Below are positions 53,223 through 61,622 of a stretch of DNA of 64,000 nucleotides, piece by piece. The stretch is taken from assembly GCA_965215265.1 (NCBI GenBank), contig OZ244048.1:4352001-4416000 (forward strand), given 5' to 3'. The position numbers and the translations under genes are program-made. This stretch comes from Candidatus Poribacteria bacterium. Lineage in GTDB: Bacteria; Poribacteria; WGA-4E; WGA-3G. Under the pieces are notes generated by a model. It did no database searches, was not told the origin of the DNA, and saw nothing but the letters and a program-made list of their open reading frames with translations. The number at the start of each line of letters is the position of its first letter. Position 1 is the first letter of the stretch.

Positions 53223-55151
53223 CTAACGATGCTTTAATTCTGGTTTTACAGACTCTTTTTTTTGCGGTGTGGTTTCGGATTGTTTTTCAGTATCCTCAGA
53301 ATTGTCGGTTGCTGAGATTTTTTCTTCAGGTCCGTTTTCATCCGAAGTTTCCGCGTCCGGAGAAGTATCCTCAGAATTCTGTTCTTCAAGCGTTTCAACA
53401 TCTGGCGGATGGATTTCAATTTCTGCTTCCGGTATTTGCCGTTCAGGCATCGGGTGACGTTTTTTAGCGAGCGTTTCAGGTGCTGAAGTGCTGAGTTTAC
53501 AATGCACTTGGACCCGGAAAATCTGTTTTCTATTCTCTGTCATTGCCGAAACTTCCCCGAGTTCAATACTCGTGAACACGTTAGAACGGTTGAGAGTGCT
53601 GAACAAAGCATTAATTGCCTGATGGGAAGCGGCCTCCAAATTAAAGGTAATCTGTGCTTTAGCAGGTTCATCCAAATTGCTGATGTTGAAATGGGTCCAT
53701 GCGATCTGAGTCCGATCTTTAAACATTTCGCTCAGGGCTTTTAAAATATCTAGTGGCGAAATGCGGTGTGTTAACAGATTCGTGAGTGCCAATTCGCGGG
53801 TGATTTGTGTCTTAGCCTGATTCATCAACGGTGTGATTTGAGCAGTGTGTGCGTTTAACATTTCTGCTCTATGCTGCTGCATTTGCTGTAAGGTGACAGC
53901 CACAAAAATAAGTCCGGCTATGGCTGTCCCACCCCACGCGCTTGTGAGCACAAGTTGACGTTTCCGGTTCGCTTGCGTATGGGTTGCTTCCACCTCTTTG
54001 GGTAAAAGCGAGACGCGTGTTGCAGGGTTCAGTGCATTGAGTGCAATGCCTAATGTGACTGCGAGGGTATCGCCCCATTCATCAAATACTTGTTGTGTCC
54101 GAGGAGCTATCATCGCAATTTCTGCTCGGTTATGAATTGCGATAGGGAGTGTCATTCCCACCTTCAGTGCCTCAACCGGATTCCAAAGGTGCGTTGGAAT
54201 ATTCAGTGTCTCTTCACAAACTTGGGTGAGTTCAAGCAGTCGTGCGCCTCCGCCGCATAACCAGAGTTCTGTGTTTCCTTCCGGTAAAGCCGCGGATTCA
54301 TATCTGCGTCTCGCTTCAGCTGCCGGTTGATTTCCCGTTTCGCGGAGTGCGGCGGCAATGGAACGTCGTAATTCACTGATAAATCGGGTTGTCCAAGCAG
54401 TTGCGGGTTCTTCACGTGCAGAAATTGTCCGCTTTTCCTGCTCTGCAGTTTCAAATTCAACGTTCAGTGCTGCCATCACACTCTCTGTCAAATGATTTCC
54501 GCCGGTCAAGAAACTCCGTGAAAACCGCAGCGAATTGCCCTGCATGAAACAGAAATCAGTCAGTTCGGCACCGATATCAACAATAATTCTATTTTGTAGG
54601 CTATTTTCCGGTGTAGAGGTAATACGTGCGGTTTCTGCAATTGCTACCATTGAAGGAACGATCGCTGATGGTGAAATTCGATGCTTTTCGAGCGGTGAGA
54701 TATATTCCTGAACAGTTGCACGGCGAGTTGAAATGAGTTCTACGGAGGTTGATTCGGCTGTCCGCCGGACATCATGGTAAGTAAAAATTGCATCTTCCAC
54801 CCGGAAAGGCAGCTCCGTTTCTGCAGCCATTGCAACCAAATTCTCAAGTTGGTCATCCGATGCATCCGGCAGGTTCGGTAAACGTTTCGTACTCACCAAG
54901 AATCGCGGGAGTGCAATAGTTACCTGCATCTTACTTCTGTTGAAAATGGCTCGCACCCCGGTCGGAATGGGATTACCTAGCGATTTCCAGATTTCGTCTA
55001 TTGCTGTGGTTACTGTTTGCTTATTCTCATTTTTAGGACGCTCTACAACGATTGCATTAACAAAATGCAGAGATGTAGCTGTTTGTTCGAGTTGCACGAC
55101 TTTAGTCGTTTTTGTGCCGATATCTATTGCGACGACCTGATTTTTTGCCAT
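53223..55151 (-). CDS. PilM/GspL-like protein fused to a PilN-like C-terminus
   Basis: AIDIGTKTTKVV, IVDIGA, LWLCGGGA actin-like motifs, then TM and periplasmic domain. Confidence 0.8.
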   Translation of the reverse strand: MAKNQVVAIDIGTKTTKVVQLEQTATSLHFVNAIVVERPKNENKQTVTTAIDEIWKSLGNPIPTGVRAIFNRSKMQVTIALPRFLVSTKRLPNLPDASDDQLENLVAMAAETELPFRVEDAIFTYHDVRRTAESTSVELISTRRATVQEYISPLEKHRISPSAIVPSMVAIAETARITSTPENSLQNRIIVDIGAELTDFCFMQGNSLRFSRSFLTGGNHLTESVMAALNVEFETAEQEKRTISAREEPATAWTTRFISELRRSIAAALRETGNQPAAEARRRYESAALPEGNTELWLCGGGARLLELTQVCEETLNIPTHLWNPVEALKVGMTLPIAIHNRAEIAMIAPRTQQVFDEWGDTLAVTLGIALNALNPATRVSLLPKEVEATHTQANRKRQLVLTSAWGGTAIAGLIFVAVTLQQMQQHRAEMLNAHTAQITPLMNQAKTQITRELALTNLLTHRISPLDILKALSEMFKDRTQIAWTHFNISNLDEPAKAQITFNLEAASHQAINALFSTLNRSNVFTSIELGEVSAMTENRKQIFRVQVHCKLSTSAPETLAKKRHPMPERQIPEAEIEIHPPDVETLEEQNSEDTSPDAETSDENGPEEKISATDNSEDTEKQSETTPQKKESVKPELKHR

Positions 55152-55192
55152 TTTTCTTGTTTCAACTCCCGAAATTGTGTTATGTTTTTCGA

Positions 55193-55310
55193 TTTTTTGT
55201 ATCTTTCAGCCCCATCAAGGGTTATGTATTGTTAAATCGTGTGTAAATCTCGTCGGAGCCTCACTAGGTTATGATTCCTCAAGAACTTTACGCGCTAACT
55301 CTTCAATCTC
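55193..55310 (-). mobile_element. Type B element with EIEELARKVLEES* 5' extension
   Basis: GTGTAAATCTCGTCGGAG core; extension matches 58553-58599. Confidence 0.8.
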
Positions 55311-55419
55311 CGCTGGGTCGCCACCCTGATCTCGAACAGTTTTCTCCCAATCAATACTCACCCGATGAGCCGCTGGCGGGGCCCAAAAGAATTGAACCCA
55401 GTTTAGTAAGGAAATTTTG

Positions 55420-56955
55420 CTAATACTGCCGCCAATATGGGATTGCCACAGTTTCCCCAGTCCGATTGATAATACCGATACACCGGGCGATGACTCTATT
55501 ATTTGCGTCAACGCCAGCGGATTCAATGCGAAAAGCGTGTGAGCGATAGGTTACCCAATCCACAATGTTCCTAAACGTCTCAAAATCAATTTCCTCAATT
55601 TCTAAAAGTTGGGATATTGCGGTGAAAGGGTTTCCTTTGATTTCTTCTGCTGTTAAATTTTGTATCTCCGGGGTGTTAGGTACTTCTTCTTCTCTCCGGG
55701 CAACAATCGCTTGTGCTTTTTCGCCATCCATTCCCGGCAAGAGTGCTAAGGTTTCCGGCGGTGCCGTATTTATATTGATTAACCCGCTAAGCGTCTCCTC
55801 ATCTTTTATGGTAACTTTATCAGCGATGCTGACAAATTCGTCTTGCGTTAACATTTTGACCTCTTTTAGCGCATCAATGTTCTGGAAATTCCCTTGTGAG
55901 TTGCGGTGTGCCACAATACGTTGGGCAATTCCCTCATCAATACCTTCAAGCGATTGAAGTGTCTCTATATCTGCAGTATTGATATTAATCTGTCCGTTTT
56001 CTGCCTGCTGCTCCTTTTCTTGGTTATCTTGTTCTTCGTTACCTTGTGTGGTAAGTCGAGCTCGGACGGAATTGAAGAGTTCATCGGAGACGGCTTGGAT
56101 GTCTACTAATGCTGCTATCTGGTCAAATTCGCGTTGTTGGATGAACGACTCCGCCTCATCTGGCGTGAAAACGGGCCCGTTATTTCCCTGAATTTGGGTT
56201 AGCTGCGAAGATTCTGCCGTATTCACGTTGACGCGCTCCTGCCCTTCTGCATCTGTATTTGTATCAATTGAATAGACTGTTGCTAAATGCACTAATCCGA
56301 TTCCACTTGTGGGGATATTTTCCTGTCTCGTGCCAGTTTCTGTTACTGGTATTGCAGTCTCTTCCTGCTGTGTAGTCGATTGGACGGGTGCCGACGAATT
56401 TTGTTGTACCCCGTAAAGCAGCTCTGCTGACATGTCATCAACGCCTGCAAGCGCACGAACGGTGCGGTATGGCTGCCCTTCCACAATGTTGTTCGCTAAT
56501 TCCTGCGTAAAGGCATCATCCGGGTTTGCCCCTATGTGTACCAACAAATTAAGGATGAGCGAAACGTCAGCCGTATTGAGGTTAATCTTTGATGCTTCGT
56601 CTATAATGTTAACGCTATAGGTTAAAAGGTTTCCGCCTTGAATACCGTCTTCAATTTGTCCCTCAATCGGTTCACCCCAATTTTCACCAAGGGCATCAAA
56701 AGGTATCTGATCGTCGCGTAGTAGAGCGAGTGCCCATTCAAAACCGGCTCTGGCAGCATAGTGAAATTTTTCGCGATGCAAGAAATTTCGCTGTGCACGC
56801 TGCTCCAAGTGAATCGAATAGAGCAGTTGTGTCGCGAGGATGGAGAGGAGTGTCAAGATCCAGAGCGTTGAAATGAGAGAGAGACCTTCCTCGTTGCTGC
56901 AGCTGCATGCCACTTTATTTTTTTTAAATATGGGCACGTATGCAGGATTTTCCAC
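55420..56955 (-). CDS. gspK: Minor pseudopilin GspK with helix-hairpin-helix repeats
   Basis: G|LSLISTLWIL, DEASKINLNTA, ININTA repeats. Confidence 0.8.
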   Translation of the reverse strand: MENPAYVPIFKKNKVACSCSNEEGLSLISTLWILTLLSILATQLLYSIHLEQRAQRNFLHREKFHYAARAGFEWALALLRDDQIPFDALGENWGEPIEGQIEDGIQGGNLLTYSVNIIDEASKINLNTADVSLILNLLVHIGANPDDAFTQELANNIVEGQPYRTVRALAGVDDMSAELLYGVQQNSSAPVQSTTQQEETAIPVTETGTRQENIPTSGIGLVHLATVYSIDTNTDAEGQERVNVNTAESSQLTQIQGNNGPVFTPDEAESFIQQREFDQIAALVDIQAVSDELFNSVRARLTTQGNEEQDNQEKEQQAENGQININTADIETLQSLEGIDEGIAQRIVAHRNSQGNFQNIDALKEVKMLTQDEFVSIADKVTIKDEETLSGLININTAPPETLALLPGMDGEKAQAIVARREEEVPNTPEIQNLTAEEIKGNPFTAISQLLEIEEIDFETFRNIVDWVTYRSHAFRIESAGVDANNRVIARCIGIINRTGETVAIPYWRQY

Positions 56956-56965
56956 TGTTTTTTCC

Positions 56966-57052
56966 TTTTTTTGTATATAGGAGCCCCGTAACGCTTTATG
57001 TTTTGTTAATGACTGTGTAAATCTCGTCGGAGGTTTTGATGTTTAGATTCAA
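56966..57052 (-). mobile_element. Type B element
   Basis: About two differences from the copy at 57933-58019. Confidence 0.85.
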
Positions 57053-57093
57053 TATCCAGTTTGGATCGAGCTCGGTACTCCGCCTAATTCTGA

Positions 57094-58041
57094 TTAATTT
57101 GCAGCTGCGCCTGGCAAATGAACCATTGTTGATTGCGTCATCATTCCCGGCTGTGTTACGTTTTCGCCTTCTTGCAGGGTTGATGCTGTCTGCGGGCTTG
57201 AGAGATCTGCGTCTTCCCCTTGCACTGAGATTAGAATTTGAACTGCAAGCGGCGTACTTTCAGTTTCGTCCCATGAATCATACCAAGTTTCCTCGCCATC
57301 AAAGTACTTCAAATCGAAACTGACAATTCCAGAAATGAGGGCTGCGAATTGAGAAGAGATCGGTTCGCCATTTTCGTCGGTTTCAGGTGCATCTCCGGTC
57401 TCTAATAAATTTCCAATAACCAGCTGCGGGTCAAGTGCAGTGGTTGTAACCCGATAGAGGACCAGTGCCTCAGTTTGCTGCTCAGAACTCTGTTCAGTTC
57501 GGGTTGGAAGTGCTGTTTCGCCCAGCGGTATTTCATTTCCGAGGAAATAGGCAACGCGCTGTACATCACTAACGAGTGGAGACATAGAGATACTTTGGGT
57601 TCCAACGCTTTCTGCAGCCAATTGGAATAAAAAGGGATCTGGGTCTGTGTTTACTAACGTGACGAAGCTAAGTATGTCCCGGTCTCCGGATTCCATCGGC
57701 ATATCTTGTGTGTATAAAGCAAACTCCGGTTCTTCAGGCGATACCTGTATGTGTCGTAAATCGTTCACGAGTTTGTCCAACGCGACGCGACTTCTTTGGG
57801 CGGCTAACGTCTTTGTAGCAGTTCTATGGTAGACATCTACCGCTGTCTTAAAGACAAAATACGAAGTGCCTCCAAGAATAACCAGAATGCTAACAGCTAC
57901 AAGCATTTCAATAAGTGTGAAGCCCCTATCAGTTTTTTGTATATAGGAGCCCCGTAACGCTTTATGTTTTGTTAATAACTGTGTAAATCTCGTCGGAGGT
58001 TTTTGATGTTTAGATTCAATTTTTTGTAAATGCACTGTCAA
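57094..58041 (-). CDS. gspJ: Minor pseudopilin, GspJ-like, with an 87-nt in-frame insertion in its leader
   Basis: RG|FTLIEML prepilin motif; VAYFL, W..SWD...PLAVQI. Confidence 0.75.
   Translation of the reverse strand: MTVHLQKIESKHQKPPTRFTQLLTKHKALRGSYIQKTDRGFTLIEMLVAVSILVILGGTSYFVFKTAVDVYHRTATKTLAAQRSRVALDKLVNDLRHIQVSPEEPEFALYTQDMPMESGDRDILSFVTLVNTDPDPFLFQLAAESVGTQSISMSPLVSDVQRVAYFLGNEIPLGETALPTRTEQSSEQQTEALVLYRVTTTALDPQLVIGNLLETGDAPETDENGEPISSQFAALISGIVSFDLKYFDGEETWYDSWDETESTPLAVQILISVQGEDADLSSPQTASTLQEGENVTQPGMMTQSTMVHLPGAAAN
57933..58019 (-). mobile_element. Type B element inserted in frame in the gspJ leader
   Basis: TTTTTTGTA repeated at 57933 and 58020 (87 nt apart). Confidence 0.88.
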
Positions 58042-58053
58042 CCCCTGCTTCCC

Positions 58054-58479
58054 CTATCGTCCCTGCTGTTTTTGCCTATCTGCAATAAAGGTATGCATGG
58101 ACATCGAACGTGCCCCGCCGAGGTGTTGCCATGTGACGGTGACTTGAACTCTTACGACTGCTGCAACCTCTTCAGATTGTACCTCTTCAACGACAGACTG
58201 CCATTGGTACCGAGAATTGTCGCCAAATTCCCCGCTATCTTCACCGACTTCAGGGAAACCCTCCATTTCAATCTCAGCCATCCGGTATTTGATGAGGTAG
58301 AGTGCTGTGGTGCGATCGTCTGAAAGTCCCTGAGTACGGGTAGTTGACGAGAAAACTTGCGAAAGCGCAGGCAGAACCACCGATAAAATCGCCAAAGTTA
58401 CCAGAATTTCAACCAATGTAAAGCCTTGGTTACTTGTTTCATGTCGAGCCAATTCAAATGGTAGCTGATATTGTCTCAT
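58054..58479 (-). CDS. gspI: Minor pseudopilin, GspI-like
   Basis: QG|FTLVEIL; short; VRVQVTVTW. Confidence 0.75.
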   Translation of the reverse strand: MRQYQLPFELARHETSNQGFTLVEILVTLAILSVVLPALSQVFSSTTRTQGLSDDRTTALYLIKYRMAEIEMEGFPEVGEDSGEFGDNSRYQWQSVVEEVQSEEVAAVVRVQVTVTWQHLGGARSMSMHTFIADRQKQQGR

Positions 58480-58481
58480 GG

Positions 58482-58599
58482 TTTTTTGTATATCTCCTTA
58501 CCATCAACGTCTATGTAATGATAGCTCGTGTGTAAATCTCGTCTCAGCCGTTCTAGGTTATGATTCCTCGATAACTTTTCGCGCAAGCTCTTCAATCTC
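58482..58599 (-). mobile_element. Type A element with EIEELARKVIEES* extension, abutting the gspI start
   Basis: GGTAAGGAGATATACAAAAAACCATG. Confidence 0.85.
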
Positions 58600-58629
58600 G
58601 AGGGTTACAACCCCGGAAGCACTTGAAGA

Positions 58630-59373
58630 TTATTCGCGAGTTTCTGCTCGAAATCCCAGCAGTTCAATATCTTCAGGCGTGAGCTGTCGAACGTGAACAC
58701 GCCCATTTGCTAACTCAACGGTGATCGACATCATCTGATTTTGCTGGTTCCGAAGATAGATCAACGTTTCCTCGGAAGTGCCGGTTGGCGAAAAATAGAC
58801 GTACTCAATCCCATCCTCTATCTGTGCAGTTCGCCCATTGTGGTTTGTTACCATGCTGGCGAATGTAACGTTCTGTTCTAAGGTTTGTGGTATTCCTAAG
58901 ATGTCACTTGTACGAGACAGTGCTTGTTGTCCACTTGCCGTAGCGGCTGCGCCTTGACGCTGCAGAGTGCCTGCTTGTGCTGTTATCACCGTAGAATTTT
59001 CTGCTTCGACGATTGAGGTCAATGGGTCCCTCGGGTTAAACGTTTCACTAGAGGCGAGCCAATAAAGTTCCCTGTCCAAATCAATGACAACAAGGTAGGG
59101 TATTCGCTCTGTAATTGCCATATCCCGTGCAAAGGTGAGCAGGTCTCGGAGGGTATAGGCAGATGCCTTCAACCGGCGCGTGGTTGCAAACCCCTTCAGC
59201 GCAGGCATGGCTATGGAGGACAGTACGGCGATAATTGCCATGACGAGCAGTAGCTCCATGATAGTAAAACCGAGCTGGCGAACGGAGGTCTGGTTACGAA
59301 CCGTGCCTCCGTTTTTATAGGAACCGTCAGTTGTTTGCGGCGGCTGTATCCCAATTGGTAATATCCGCGTCAA
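58630..59373 (-). CDS. gspH: Pseudopilin, GspH/FimT-like; start uncertain (TTG 59373 has a GGAGG SD)
   Basis: LG|FTIMELL; ARDMAI; VYFSPTG. Confidence 0.7.
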   Translation of the reverse strand: MTRILPIGIQPPQTTDGSYKNGGTVRNQTSVRQLGFTIMELLLVMAIIAVLSSIAMPALKGFATTRRLKASAYTLRDLLTFARDMAITERIPYLVVIDLDRELYWLASSETFNPRDPLTSIVEAENSTVITAQAGTLQRQGAAATASGQQALSRTSDILGIPQTLEQNVTFASMVTNHNGRTAQIEDGIEYVYFSPTGTSEETLIYLRNQQNQMMSITVELANGRVHVRQLTPEDIELLGFRAETRE

Positions 59374-59779
59374 ATTCTTCGCCTCCGACCTTACCGTCTT
59401 TTCCGAGTGAGTAGAGGTCATAATCGTACCCAGGGCGCGTTCCGGGGTATCTATAAATGTAACTGTTGTTCCATGGATCTAGAAAAGTCTCAGCTTTAAG
59501 GTAGGGTCCGTTCCAAGTCTCGGGCGTTGGATTGGGTGCCTGCCATAAAGCAGCGAGGCCTTGTTCAGTGGTTGGGTAGGTCCCGACTTCAATCGCATAC
59601 AGCTCTAAAGCTGTTTTGATGTTTCCAATTTCAATTTTAGCTTTCGAGACACGTGCCTTTTGCGGCGCATTTACTATCTTAGGTGCGATGAACGTTGCCA
59701 AAATGCCTAAGATAACTATAACAATTGTCAATTCAATCAAGGTTAATCCTGATTGGTCTGTTCTGAGTTGCGTTAGCAT
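59327..59779 (-). CDS. gspG: Major pseudopilin
   Basis: SG|LTLIEL, YPTTEQGLAAL, WNGPYL, DPWNNSYIY, SLGKDG. Confidence 0.93.
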   Translation of the reverse strand: MLTQLRTDQSGLTLIELTIVIVILGILATFIAPKIVNAPQKARVSKAKIEIGNIKTALELYAIEVGTYPTTEQGLAALWQAPNPTPETWNGPYLKAETFLDPWNNSYIYRYPGTRPGYDYDLYSLGKDGKVGGEEFDADITNWDTAAANN

Positions 59780-59856
59780 GTAAATCACCTTTTTTCTGGG
59801 GGAGATCGACGCAACGGCGATGTGCACGTTGTGTCGCTATGTCCCTTTTAGGATAA

Positions 59857-59935
59857 TTCGTGTATTTCAGCCCGATAACGCTCTATGTTGTGTCAATGAA
59901 TGACTGTGTAAATCTCGTCGGAGATTTTCTAGGTT
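59857..59935 (-). mobile_element. Type B element
   Basis: TATTTCAGCCC...GTGTAAATCTCGTCGGAG. Confidence 0.75.
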
Positions 59936-60007
59936 TTAACGGTAATGGTCCTTTATTCTTTTACGGCGGTTTAGCCACATTTATTGTTATTAGAAAGACT
60001 GCGTTTT

Positions 60008-61231
60008 TTACCCGGTGAGTAATTGGTTTGCCTCAAAGATCGGCAGAATCATTGCGACAGCGATAAACCCGATGATTAAACCCATCAATAGGATTACCAG
60101 GGGACCGATAGACCCGGTTAGCCGATCGAGGCTCTTCTTAATTTCTACATCGTAGTATTCAGAAAGTTTGCTGAGCATGCTGGCCGGTTCGCCCGATTCC
60201 TCGCCGACTGCTATCATTTGTGTGACAAACTCCGGAAAATCGCTATTTCTTTCAAGTTCCCGGGCGAGTGTTGAGCCCTGCTCAACAGCTTTTTCTGCCT
60301 CAGCAACCGCATTACTGTAAACTTTATTTCCGATTGTATCTTTTGCAACTTGGAGTGCAGGCAGCATTCGCACACCGTTCTGCAAAAGGGTTGTCATCGT
60401 GCGGGTGAATCGAACAATGGCGAAGGTACTAAAAATCGAACCGACGAGGGGCAGCCGTATTTTCAGTCTGTCAAACCAGACTTGTCCTGGCTCTGTTTGG
60501 AGTACTTGCCGTATTCCAACGGCCCCGATGATAATGATAATTCCTACTATCCACCAATATTGCGTAACGACATCTGTTGTGTTAATCAGCACTTGTGTTG
60601 GAAGCGGGAGTGCTACGCCCATATCTTCAAACATCGCAGTGAATTGTGGAACAACAACAATCATGAGAATGGTAACTGCGGTGATACTTAGCGTTAAGAG
60701 AATAGCAGGATAGAAGAGAGCCGAAATAACATCATTTTTCAGAATGCGCTGACGTTCGGCAAATCCTGCCAATCGTTCAAGCACTAATCCAAGCACGCCG
60801 CCACTTTCACCGGCTTTAACCATATTGATATAGAGATTTGAGAAGACTTTAGGGTGTTGGTTCAATGCATCGTTAAACGTCGCACCATGCTCAACATCGT
60901 ATTTGACTTGTGAAACGATTCGATGGAGTGCTGGGCTCTGGATTTGGCCTAGAGTGACCTCTAACGCTCTCGGCAGTGCGACATGGGCGTTTAGCAACGT
61001 TGAAAGTTGATAAGTAAAGAATTCAACATCGGCCGATTTAACTTTGCCTCTGCCAATTTGAAGCCAACGCATGAAGCTGCTTTGCGTTTCTTCAGCTTCT
61101 TCAGCAATTTGTGTAGGCCAATAGCCCATCTGCCTTAAGCGTGAGATAAGTTCCGCTTTTGAGTCGGCTTCCAATGTATTTTTTACGGTGTCCCCGCCGT
61201 GGGTGAGTGCTTCATATCGAAAGATAGGCAT
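60008..61231 (-). CDS. gspF: T2SS inner-membrane platform protein
   Basis: MVKAGESGG, YPAIL, MIAVGEESG, AMILPI. Confidence 0.9.
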   Translation of the reverse strand: MPIFRYEALTHGGDTVKNTLEADSKAELISRLRQMGYWPTQIAEEAEETQSSFMRWLQIGRGKVKSADVEFFTYQLSTLLNAHVALPRALEVTLGQIQSPALHRIVSQVKYDVEHGATFNDALNQHPKVFSNLYINMVKAGESGGVLGLVLERLAGFAERQRILKNDVISALFYPAILLTLSITAVTILMIVVVPQFTAMFEDMGVALPLPTQVLINTTDVVTQYWWIVGIIIIIGAVGIRQVLQTEPGQVWFDRLKIRLPLVGSIFSTFAIVRFTRTMTTLLQNGVRMLPALQVAKDTIGNKVYSNAVAEAEKAVEQGSTLARELERNSDFPEFVTQMIAVGEESGEPASMLSKLSEYYDVEIKKSLDRLTGSIGPLVILLMGLIIGFIAVAMILPIFEANQLLTG

Positions 61232-61270
61232 CTATGTTTTCTCGCGCTGTAGCTTGTAGGCAGCTGCGTT

Positions 61271-61618
61271 CTTTTATATATCTCCGTACCATTAACGCTT
61301 CTGCTTTGATGGCTCGTGTATAAATCTCGTCGGAGGCTCCTGATGTTTAGATTCAATCTTTTATATATCTCCGTACCATTAACGCTTCTGCTTTGATGGC
61401 TCGTGTGTAAATCTCGTCGGAGGCTCCTGATGTTTAGATTCAATCTTTTATATATCTCCGTACCATCAACGCTTCTGCTTTGATGGCTCGTGTATAAATC
61501 TCGTCGGAGGCTCCTGATGTTTAGATTCAATCTTTTATATATCTTCGTACCATCAACGCTTCTACTTTGATGGCTCGTGTATAAATCTCGTCGGAGGCTC
61601 CTGATGTTTAGATTCAAT
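61271..61618 (-). repeat. 4x head-to-tail tandem of the 87-nt type A element
   Basis: Exact 87-nt period with few substitutions. Confidence 0.95.
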
Positions 61619-61622
61619 AATC

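Noticed and set aside
57063-57078. GGATCGAGCTCGGTAC resembling a cloning polylinker
   Set aside because: Short imperfect match with no other vector sequence; the T7-like GGAGATATAC words belong to the diverged native repeat
61183-61617. 144-aa repeat protein ORF
   Set aside because: Arises from the 87-nt element tandem and overlaps the gspF start; no independent coding evidence
48506-61618. Integron attC cassette array
   Set aside because: No integrase or RYYYAAC/GTTRRRY ends; the genes form an ordered T2SS operon and the repeats also occur inside genes
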